A stretch of DNA of 64,000 nt, taken from assembly GCA_005888735.1 (NCBI GenBank), contig VBBN01000027.1:99845-163844 (forward strand), read 5' to 3'. This document shows, in pieces, positions 56,461 through 64,000 of this stretch (positions are counted from its first letter, which is position 1; each line of letters begins with the position of its first letter). The notes under the pieces are model-generated. The model had not been told where the DNA came from, did not search any database, and saw only the letters and a program-made list of their open reading frames with translations. The position numbers and the translations under genes were made by a program. Source of the DNA: Candidatus Bathyarchaeota archaeon. GTDB lineage: Archaea; Thermoproteota; Bathyarchaeia; 40CM-2-53-6.

Positions 56461-58881
56461 ATGACGTTTAGCGAGCTACTTCCCGATAAACTACGGCTGG
56501 AATGCCCGCCCGGCTCGGTGGGCTGTGAGACAAGCGAAGAACTCGGGCCAATAGAAGGCATCATCGGCCAGGACCGCGCTCTGAGAGCGCTGAAGTTCGC
56601 CGTCGAGATGAAGGGGAAGGGCTTCAACGTTTACGCTGCAGGGATCCCAAGCACCGGAAAGAGACCGGCCACAAGGGATTATTTGCGGGGAATCGCGAAG
56701 ACAAAACCTACTCCGCCAGACTGGGTCTACGTGAACAATTTCGAGAACTCCTATGAGCCCAAAGCCCTCCAACTTCCTCCCGGCACAGCGAAAAGCTTCC
56801 AAAAAGACCTGAAGAATTTCGTAGACCAGGCCAAACGCGCAGTTCCCGCAGCCCTTCAGAGCGAGGAATTCGTCTCACGCACGAACACCATAACGAAGAA
56901 GTCAGTGGAGGAGAGAAACAGGATTCTCAACGAGCTCAGCGAAGAAGCGCGACGCCACAATTACGCGGTTCGAATGACGCAGCTCGGCATCACAATTGTT
57001 CCTATGCAGGCGGGAAAGCCGCTCAGCCAGGAGGAGTTCGACGCGCTACCGGCCCGAGTGAAGAAGAAGTTTGACGAGAGCCGGGAAACGGTGAGAAACG
57101 CTCTCGACAAGGCCGGAAAGCAGGTCAACGAGCTCGAAGCGAAGACTTTGGATGAGCTGCGAAAGCTTAGAGACGACTCTGTTCACTACGCGATAGGCGG
57201 GCTCATCAGCAAACTAGTCTCCAACTACGAGAACCTCCCGGAGATAACTCAATACTTCGAGGAGCTTAGAGACGACATCTTAGAGAACGCGGACCTGTTC
57301 GCTCAGCCTGAAAAACCCCCGTCCCCACCTTCATCAGACGATTCTGAGGATCCGACACCAAACCTCGGTGAGAAGGCTCTGCCTAACCTGTCTTTCCGGA
57401 GATACCAGGCCAACGTAATCGTGGACAATTCAGGCCTGAAAGGAGCACCGGTCATCATCGAAGACAACCCGACTGTTACGAATCTTCTCGGCCGGATCGA
57501 GAACGAGGCACGGTTCGGTGCTCTAACAACGGATTTCACTCTCATCAGGGGAGGGTCGGTTCACAAGGCGAACGGCGGCTATCTAATCATCGGGGTCGAC
57601 GAGCTTCTGAAAAACCAGTTCTCCTACGACGGGTTAAAGAGGGCATTACAGAGCGGAAACATAGCGATTGAGGAGACGGGCCAGAGGCTGGGGGTCGCCA
57701 GCACCAAGAGCCTTACGCCACAGCCGATTCCCCTAAGCGTGAAAGTTGTCATCGCCGGGGACCATCAGAGCTACCAGGCGCTCTACACCCTCGACCCGGA
57801 CTTCAGCCTCCTCTTCAAAGTCAAAGCCCACTTCGACGATTCCATCGATAGAAATGAGGATAGCATGAAGAACTACGGAAGGTTCGTACACACCCTCTGC
57901 GAACGGGAAAGCCTCAACCATCTAGAAGCGGCGGCAATTGCGAAAATTGTGGAACACGGGTCTAGGTTGGCGGAAGACCAAAGCAAGCTCTCAACGAAGT
58001 TTCCGGAAATCGCGGACCTGGTCCGAGAGGCCAGCTTGTACGCTTCGCAGGACAGGTCCAAGTACATCAAAGGCCCGCATGTCTTGAAGGCGCTCCAAGA
58101 GAAGGTCTACAGGTCCAACCTCATTGACCAGAAAGTGAAAGAGATGATACAGAGAGGCATCATTCTCATAGATACCGCGGGGTCGAAGGTCGGGCAGGTA
58201 AACGGTCTCTCTGTCATAGCGCTGGGCGACTTCGAGTTCGGCCAACCCTCCCGGATTACTGTCAGCCTTGGGCTGGGTAGAAAGGGAATCATCGACATCG
58301 AACGACAAGCCGGTATGGGAGGACAGACACATACGAAAGGGGTCCTCATAATCTCCGGCTATCTAGAGAATAAGTACGCGCATGACAAGCCGTTGAGCGT
58401 TTCATGCAGGCTGGTCTTTGAGCAGAGCTACGGAGGTGTTGACGGAGACAGTGCATCCAGCACAGAACTATACGCCATTCTCTCAGTACTATCCGAGCTA
58501 CCGATCAAGCAAAACCTGGCCGTGACTGGCTCGGTGAACCAGAAGGGCGAGATTCAGGCAATTGGAGGGGTTAACGAGAAAATCGAGGGATTCTACGAGA
58601 CATGCAAGGCCAAAGGGCTCAAAGGTGACGAGGGAGTCATGATTCCCAAGAGCAATGTCCAGCACCTAATGCTCAAAGAGGACGTGGTCGAGGCTGTGAA
58701 GCAGGGCAGATTCCACATCTACCCTGTGGGGACGGTGGATGAGGGCATCGAGATTCTCACCGGCGTAAAAGCCGGCGAGAGGAATAGTGATGGGACCTAT
58801 GATGAGGGCACGGTCCATCACAGGGCGGACAAACGGCTGGCTCAAATGGCTGAAGAAATCGCCAAGTTTACCAGGCTGTAA
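56461..58881 (+). CDS. Lon-like S16 protease with degenerate AAA+ module and helical insertion (LonC-like)
   Basis: Protease domain with the Ser-Lys dyad context GGVDGDSASSTELYAILS...GGVNEKIEG. AAA-like N-terminus with a non-canonical P-loop GIPSTGKR, an intact Walker B LIIGVDE, and a ~140-aa charged helical insertion between them. No TM anchor, so not LonB. Confidence 0.8.
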   Translation: MTFSELLPDKLRLECPPGSVGCETSEELGPIEGIIGQDRALRALKFAVEMKGKGFNVYAAGIPSTGKRPATRDYLRGIAKTKPTPPDWVYVNNFENSYEPKALQLPPGTAKSFQKDLKNFVDQAKRAVPAALQSEEFVSRTNTITKKSVEERNRILNELSEEARRHNYAVRMTQLGITIVPMQAGKPLSQEEFDALPARVKKKFDESRETVRNALDKAGKQVNELEAKTLDELRKLRDDSVHYAIGGLISKLVSNYENLPEITQYFEELRDDILENADLFAQPEKPPSPPSSDDSEDPTPNLGEKALPNLSFRRYQANVIVDNSGLKGAPVIIEDNPTVTNLLGRIENEARFGALTTDFTLIRGGSVHKANGGYLIIGVDELLKNQFSYDGLKRALQSGNIAIEETGQRLGVASTKSLTPQPIPLSVKVVIAGDHQSYQALYTLDPDFSLLFKVKAHFDDSIDRNEDSMKNYGRFVHTLCERESLNHLEAAAIAKIVEHGSRLAEDQSKLSTKFPEIADLVREASLYASQDRSKYIKGPHVLKALQEKVYRSNLIDQKVKEMIQRGIILIDTAGSKVGQVNGLSVIALGDFEFGQPSRITVSLGLGRKGIIDIERQAGMGGQTHTKGVLIISGYLENKYAHDKPLSVSCRLVFEQSYGGVDGDSASSTELYAILSVLSELPIKQNLAVTGSVNQKGEIQAIGGVNEKIEGFYETCKAKGLKGDEGVMIPKSNVQHLMLKEDVVEAVKQGRFHIYPVGTVDEGIEILTGVKAGERNSDGTYDEGTVHHRADKRLAQMAEEIAKFTRL

Positions 58882-58989
58882 AGGGAGACGGTTGCGAATT
58901 GACTAGCCGGTTGTAACTTTGGGCCAGTTCACAAAGTAACGACAGGGTTTCGACCGGTATCGAGCGTCCGACTTGGGCGATTCACGGCG

Positions 58990-59298
58990 ATGAGCTCTGC
59001 GGCCATCAACCGAGAAGTCATCTTAACGGTCATGGGTTTCGGTGTGGCGATGATACTTTTCGGGGTTGTCTTGCTGGTGTCCTGGGGCCAAAACCCTTTC
59101 TACATAGTGGCCGGCTTCTTTCTTCTTGTCCTCGGGATGGCGGCGTTCGTCACACCGCTCTCGATTTTCAGCAGGTGGGACAGTTTCCCGGTTCCTAAGG
59201 TGAGATGCAGACACTGTGCAACTCTAAACTACGAGACTACTGCCCGATGCAGGAACTGTGGCGCAAACATGTTCGAGCGAGCGGCACCCTTGAGCTAG
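58990..59298 (+). CDS. Membrane protein with C-terminal zinc ribbon (hypothetical)
   Basis: Two TM helices then CRHCATLNYETTARCRNCG. Lies 108 nt downstream of the Lon-like gene. Confidence 0.45.
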   Translation: MSSAAINREVILTVMGFGVAMILFGVVLLVSWGQNPFYIVAGFFLLVLGMAAFVTPLSIFSRWDSFPVPKVRCRHCATLNYETTARCRNCGANMFERAAPLS

Positions 59299-59817
59299 AT
59301 CTACAAGGTAGGTGTTGTCCCGAAAATATTGCTGACTGCTACTGCAAGCACAGCGGCAGTTAACTATCGCGAGCAGAGGTCTAAGCTTGATCGTGAAGTA
59401 AGCAAAGGCTGTAGCGTAGGCTGAGTGAAGGCTTGTAAACGCGGCGAATTTGTCCGATTCCATTAACTGGGTGAACCAGCCTCCATACACTGAGAGCTGC
59501 TCGATCAGTTCAGGACCAAGTTCTGCGGGGTCCCCTGGTACTAGGGAGGCAGGGTTGGGAGGAGGAATAGGGTGAGAGCTGCGAAGGTGTGATCAGCATC
59601 GTGTTGACGACGACCGGTAGAGGGGATTGTTGGCAAGCCAGAAGGGGCTGAGGCTGCTAGGACTAGGGGGAAGTGGAGACCGTAGAAGACGAGAGCGATA
59701 ATCGTGGCTGAAACTGATTGCAGGTGTGATTGGACCAGCAGGTCAGGTTGAAGCCGCACGGCTACTGTTATCCGGTATCATACCACCTTATTAAGAATAA
59801 CCAAACGAGTGCGAAGC

Positions 59818-61328
59818 ATGGAAAAACTTTCGCGGTCTCTACTGCTCCTTCTCATACTTTCAATGTTATTGCCCGTGTCTAGTCTCGCTAGTCCAAACGT
59901 CTATGCTCCAGGCACTTCCAACTAGTTTGCATATGGTCCAAACATGGAAGCTGGGCGCTTGCAACGCATAGTTAGCAGTCAAGCAGTGTTTCTCGATATT
60001 GTTCGCGTCAACAATTACAAGTTCGTGATTGACCATTCCAATTCCAATGGAACTGGCACTTCAGATGTTGTGAGTAGTACAGGCGATTACGTGCAGGGCG
60101 TTTTGTGGCAAATACCACTGTCGCAACAGACTGCTCTTGATATCGCTGAAGGTGTTCCAACCGCCTACCAGCGCAACGACAATTTCAAGGTCATCAGCAT
60201 GACGACGGGCTTCACAACTGTGGCCAGCGTCTACACCGTAGTCAGTCCAGTCAGTCCAGCCCCGGCGCCAGACAGTTTTTTCATAACTTATGTTCGAGCT
60301 GGCATCGTACAGCACAGCGTCGGACTGCAATACCTCAACAAGATCAACGCGATTCTCACACCTGCGACAGCAACTCCCCCAGGCATCTGGGCAACCAACG
60401 TCGTGACAATACTGATGGAAAATGAGGGCCTTGAGGACGCCACCCTTTCTGGGACTTGTAGTTTCAACCCACCGCGTGGCGGGGATCACTTTCCCTTTCT
60501 TGACTTTACCGACATGATCACAACGGCCAGGTGTGCCAACTTTCTGACTACGGTCTCTGCAAGCAACGACCAAGAATTCGTCGACGCCCTCGCAACGACA
60601 GCCACCAACTATGTCTGGCTGACGCCAAACGATTGCAATAACATGCATGGCGTTTCGGGCAATCCGAGTCCCTGCACAAATCATTGTACGACGGTCCCCG
60701 CGAATGATACTTGTATAGCAGATGTTGATACATACATCGCCAACCTCGTACAAAAAATCCTCAGTAGCACGATGTTCACCACAGCTTATTCAGCGCTGTT
60801 CGTCCTGTTCGACGAAGGCGGCAACTTCTGCCCAACCTCTCCATCTGGGGCGGGTCCCCTTGGTGACTGCGTTCCCTTCATCGCCGCTGGTCCGGCCGTA
60901 AAGGCAGCCTACCAAACCACTTCAAACTTCAACCATTACGGCTATCTAGTGACACTAGAGCAGAACTTTCAAGCATCGTGTCTCGTGAAGCGAACGACTG
61001 CGGTGCAAACGTGTTCAGCGAGGTCTTCAAGACGCAGACCGGAAACTTCGACGCAAGCTGGTACATCAACAACTGTCCGACCACAAGTCCGAACGGCGCA
61101 GGCAGCACAGAGTCCATTTCGACCTCGGGCGTTCTATCAACAAATGAATACATTCCAGGCGGAGATAGCAACAGCTTCGGCTTTTGCTCTATTGAGAAGG
61201 GAGTGTTTCCCTTCGCACCCAACGGTGTTGGTAGCGCTCTCTCCCCAGCATCAGGCATTAGCCTCACTGGCACTCTAACAACAGCAACCCTGTCCCCGCC
61301 TCCGTCGCAATACCACCTGCGGAACTAG
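59818..61328 (+). pseudogene. Secreted GGCT-like (AIG2/gamma-glutamylcyclotransferase fold) - phosphoesterase (AcpA/PLC-family) fusion, disrupted by an in-frame TAG and a late frameshift
   Basis: ATG 59818 encodes a signal peptide MEKLSRSLLLLLILSMLLPVSSLASP...GTSN, then TAG at 59923-59925. The same frame continues FAYGPNMEAGRLQRIV...GDYVQGVLWQI...LDIAEGVPTAYQR (GGCT motifs), then phosphoesterase motifs (VVTILMENEG, NYVWLTPNDCNNMHG, ALFVLFDEGG, GDCVPFIAAGPAVKAAY, HYGYLVTLEQNF). The codon-usage-consistent C-terminus (ANDCGANVFSEVF...) continues in the -1 frame to 61328. Confidence 0.55.
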
Positions 61329-61926
61329 GCTCGGAAGTTCGAGGAATACTGTTAGGAAGAGAAAAACGATAGGTAAAAGAGATTTCAGTTTGGTCGAATA
61401 AAGCATTGTCAGTCTAGTTTCCCGTGGGAGCTATTAGGTCTTTCCAATAATTCTTGACAAATAACGTAGCATGGAACCGACTGTCGCACAGTCTCGACGC
61501 TTCTGCATAGGTAGCAGATGCCAACCTTTTGGAGACGGAGTGCAGTTTTTAGCGAACTTTGCCCTTCTTCGGGCCTTCTCTACCCGCCATTTTCTTCCGT
61601 TTCTTCTGCCAGTCTGGACGAGTCATCCATGATCTCTGTGAACATCTCCACAACGGTCCTACATAATACTAGGAGTCGCAACGAGAAGGCCGCCATGGGC
61701 AGCTCGGAAGGTTGCTCTACACAATCTGTTTATTGATGGTTTTCGTTTTTCAGTCCGTTCTTTGAGGTTAGCCCGATTGTTCCCCGTTTGTAGCGTTCGA
61801 CCAGTTCGAGAAGGCTTGGCGGGCTGACCAGGCCATCGGGGCAACAGTGGTCTGACGCATTAAAGCTAGGACTGGAACCAGTCACAAGAAAATCCGGTGG
61901 CTTGACTTGAGCATGCATTTCAAGGC

Positions 61927-62628
61927 TCAGCACTTCCACTCTTCCGCCTTGGTAGAGCCCCGAATTTCTCCCTGTAGAACATCGTAAGCCAGTGGTCCAT
62001 CTCTGTCGTCAACGACCATTATGATGTCACCGTAGCCTAGAAATGCATCTAGGATGTTTACCCCGTTTCTGAACAGCAGTTCGGTAATGTAGGATGCTAT
62101 ACCAGGGGTCATCTCGGCGCGAGGTGACAGGTTGAGTGTCAGCTTGGCCACGTTCGCCAGTGTCGCCGCCCCCCTAAGATGTCCTAGTTTCCCCTCGATC
62201 AAAGCGTAATCGTCTCTTGGCAGAATGAGTTTGATCGAGTTCAAGAGGGGAAAGATATGGGGGAACTCTGACAGCTCGGCCGCGGCGTCTGACAGTTCTT
62301 TGACTATGGCTGAGAATTGGTTTCTGGACGCTTTCATCGTCACGTCTACTATTCCGCTTGAAAGGGAGATTCTGGCGTCCTTGAGAACCCTTGACGCGTC
62401 CGGTGTGTTGCTACTGGATAGGGTGTCGGAGAATCTCTTGATTGCTACGACAAGCGCGTTGATGCTTGCTTCTTTCCCGCTCAGTTGTTTGACTTGGGCT
62501 TGGATGAGCTCTGCGAGGGAGTGAAAGTTCACGACCCTCATCTTCAGGCATTGAAAGACGGGGTAGTTTCTGGTTAGAATTTCGCGGACCGCTTCAGGTA
62601 CGCTGAGGCTGTTTCTAGGGGCTGTCAA
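61927..62628 (-). CDS. ACT-domain-containing protein (aspartokinase regulatory-domain-like)
   Basis: Two ACT-like beta-alpha-beta-beta-alpha-beta segments (ISLSSGIVDVTMK...; GIASYITELLFRNGVNILDAFLGYGDIIMVVDDRD). Confidence 0.5.
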   Translation of the reverse strand: MTAPRNSLSVPEAVREILTRNYPVFQCLKMRVVNFHSLAELIQAQVKQLSGKEASINALVVAIKRFSDTLSSSNTPDASRVLKDARISLSSGIVDVTMKASRNQFSAIVKELSDAAAELSEFPHIFPLLNSIKLILPRDDYALIEGKLGHLRGAATLANVAKLTLNLSPRAEMTPGIASYITELLFRNGVNILDAFLGYGDIIMVVDDRDGPLAYDVLQGEIRGSTKAEEWKC

Positions 62629-62722
62629 GCCTTTGTGTCACCTATGTCCCCACGTAATGTAACGTGAATTCTGGAATAAAAGCCTTAAATGTAAGTAATA
62701 GACATTACTATCCTGCAATAAA

Positions 62723-63262
62723 ATGCAAGAGAAAAAAACAACAATGCAAACCAATATGAGTTTCCCGACCTACGTCTTCGCGACCGTCAATCCGGGCCGC
62801 GCGACGAAAGTGGTTGAGGAGCTAAAGCGAAATAGCCAGATAGACCTCATCGCACCGGTCACAGGCAGATACGACCTAGTTCTACGCCTGAAACCAAACA
62901 CACCACACAACGTATACCAGACAGTCAAAGAAATCCGCGAGATCAACGACATTCGCACCACCGATACTCACATCGGCTTCGACGGTATTCAGCCGACCCG
63001 AAAGCTCGAGAGCCAGATGGCCCTTGGGTTTTCCTTGCTAAATTGTGAGCACACCCCTAGCGAGAACGTCATTAAGCAGCTCAGCAACATCCCAGGCTTC
63101 ATCGAAGCATCGACAGTACCAGGACAGTTCGACATCGTAGCACTCTGGCAAGCAAGAACCTCTGAAGACATAGTGAAGACTTCCGTTGAGAAAGTTACTA
63201 ATCTCGAAGGCATCTTCAAGAGCGAGACACTTCTCGCCTATGCACCGTTCTTCAAAGCGTAA
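62723..63262 (+). CDS. Tandem Lrp/AsnC ligand-binding (RAM) domain protein without HTH
   Basis: Two RAM-like halves (VFATVNPGRATKVVEELKRNSQIDLIAPVTGRYDLVLRLK; IKQLSNIPGFIEASTVPGQFDIVALWQAR). Confidence 0.65.
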   Translation: MQEKKTTMQTNMSFPTYVFATVNPGRATKVVEELKRNSQIDLIAPVTGRYDLVLRLKPNTPHNVYQTVKEIREINDIRTTDTHIGFDGIQPTRKLESQMALGFSLLNCEHTPSENVIKQLSNIPGFIEASTVPGQFDIVALWQARTSEDIVKTSVEKVTNLEGIFKSETLLAYAPFFKA

Positions 63263-63730
63263 TCATGCGAATATAGCTCCATCGACCTCCCCCCTTTTTG
63301 TGTCCGATAAGAGTTTGAAATTACTCGGATAGCGAACTCGAGTTGACTAATCAGTTGGACTCGAGGCAAACGCGGTCCCCCAAGGGCCTTTTCCAGCATA
63401 CTTGGGGACCCCATAGGTAAGCTACTGCAATCAGTATCCTACGTATCCTTCTCCAAGTTTTCCAGAAATGATGCCGCGCTCCTTCTCACCACGTCGTGTT
63501 GTGATGAACTAGAGACATCAGAGATTTGCGTTCATGCACTCCACGTCATACCAAGCATTAGGTCACCCGTTATTGTCACGATCGGAGGCGACACCTGCAT
63601 ATGTTTATCACAGGAGCTCCCGTCCCGTATTCCTGTTAGAGTGTGATTTGAAACGTCGGAAATGCGCGTTCTAATTTTGAAGGAGGGCACTTCCCGGTCT
63701 AGGGGAAGAGACGCTCAGAGAAGTAACATC

Positions 63731-64000
63731 ATGGCTGCGAAAGTCCTAGCGGAAACGGTCCGGTCGACTATCGGTCCCAAGGGCATGGACAAGATGCTAG
63801 TCGGGGGCATGGGCGATATTGTCATTACAAACGATGGTGCCACCATCATGAAGGAGATGGACGTTCAGAACCCAGCAGCTAAGATGCTTGTTGAGGTCGC
63901 CAAGACCCAGGACAGTGAAGTAGGGGACGGAACAACAACCGCAGTGGTCCTGGCTGGCGAGTTGCTAGCGGGAGCCGAAGCCCTGCTCGACAAGGACATC
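63731..64000 (+). CDS. ths: Thermosome (group II chaperonin) subunit, N-terminal 90 codons; 3' end outside window
   Basis: [24 protein letters not shown]...[52 protein letters not shown] is a highly conserved thermosome N-terminus including the GDGTTT ATP-binding motif. Confidence 0.9.
   Translation, partial: MAAKVLAETVRSTIGPKGMDKMLVGGMGDIVITNDGATIMKEMDVQNPAAKMLVEVAKTQDSEVGDGTTTAVVLAGELLAGAEALLDKDI

Noticed and set aside
56461-58881. Interpreting the Lon-like protease as BrxL of a BREX defence system
   Set aside because: No BrxA/B/C, PglX methyltransferase or PglZ homolog lies within 20 kb on either side. The neighbours are a CoA-binding protein and small membrane proteins, so a stand-alone LonC-like protease is the better explanation.
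59923-59925. In-frame TAG decoded as pyrrolysine
   Set aside because: TAG terminates at least five well-supported genes in the window (3887, 6901, 15498, 18808, 24134), so this organism uses TAG as an ordinary stop. No pyl genes are seen here.
1-64000. CRISPR arrays, rRNA and tRNA genes
   Set aside because: No short regularly spaced direct repeats and no rRNA- or tRNA-like conserved segments were found in any gap. The largest gaps (26369-27059, 49023-49632, 59299-59817, 61279-61926, 63263-63730) were read on both strands.

Overview
This is a 64-kb archaeal chromosomal segment of roughly 55-57% GC. It carries about 60 protein-coding genes on both strands, mostly in short operons with overlapping stop/start codons. 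I found no rRNA or tRNA genes and no CRISPR array.

The archaeal assignment rests on a thermosome subunit at the 3' end, an NreA-like repair protein, an Lhr-type helicase, a DRG GTPase and an HTH_10 (Bat-like) regulator. A Thermoplasmatota-like protein- and peptide-scavenging heterotroph is a guess, not a result.

The content is largely housekeeping and accessory metabolism:
- purL (3' part), msrB, gcvH, ctaB (heme O synthase), an aldo/keto reductase, a nitroreductase, two VOC/glyoxalase-like proteins, a GATase1, a class V aminotransferase and a UbiE-like methyltransferase.
- A complete oligopeptide ABC importer: oppBCDF on the minus strand with a divergent, C-terminally membrane-anchored substrate-binding protein on the plus strand.
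- An M1 aminopeptidase with C-terminal HEAT repeats, an MFS transporter and an ABC-2 exporter pair.
- Membrane proteases: HtpX, a rhomboid, a LonC-like Lon protease and a possible GxGD (presenilin/SPP-like) protease.

The most distinctive feature is an unusually rich set of cell-surface proteins:
- Two PKD-domain proteins. One of them ends in a canonical type-I dockerin and carries several DxNGNGxWD calcium-binding-like motifs.
- A separate Ser/Thr-rich protein with two cohesin domains, giving a putative cohesin-dockerin surface assembly.
- An I9-propeptide-like plus FN3 protein, and a secreted protein with tandem beta-sandwich repeats.

Other points worth a second look:
- An orphan beta-class N4-C/N6-A DNA methyltransferase with no restriction partner.
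- A roughly 75-nt sequence present in two diverged copies (about 85% identical) in two convergent intergenic regions 45 kb apart. It contains a conserved GC hairpin with a compensatory C-to-U change.
- Three apparently disrupted genes: an aldo/keto reductase with a 1-nt frameshift, oppF with no canonical start codon, and a secreted GGCT-like/phosphoesterase fusion with an in-frame TAG plus a late frameshift. These are either real pseudogenes or indel errors in the assembly.
- A roughly 690-nt non-coding gap whose 10-bp inverted repeat encloses about 76 nt.

I could not recognise a known defence island (no RM pair, no CRISPR-Cas, no BREX core). All coordinates and frames below were derived by hand translation.
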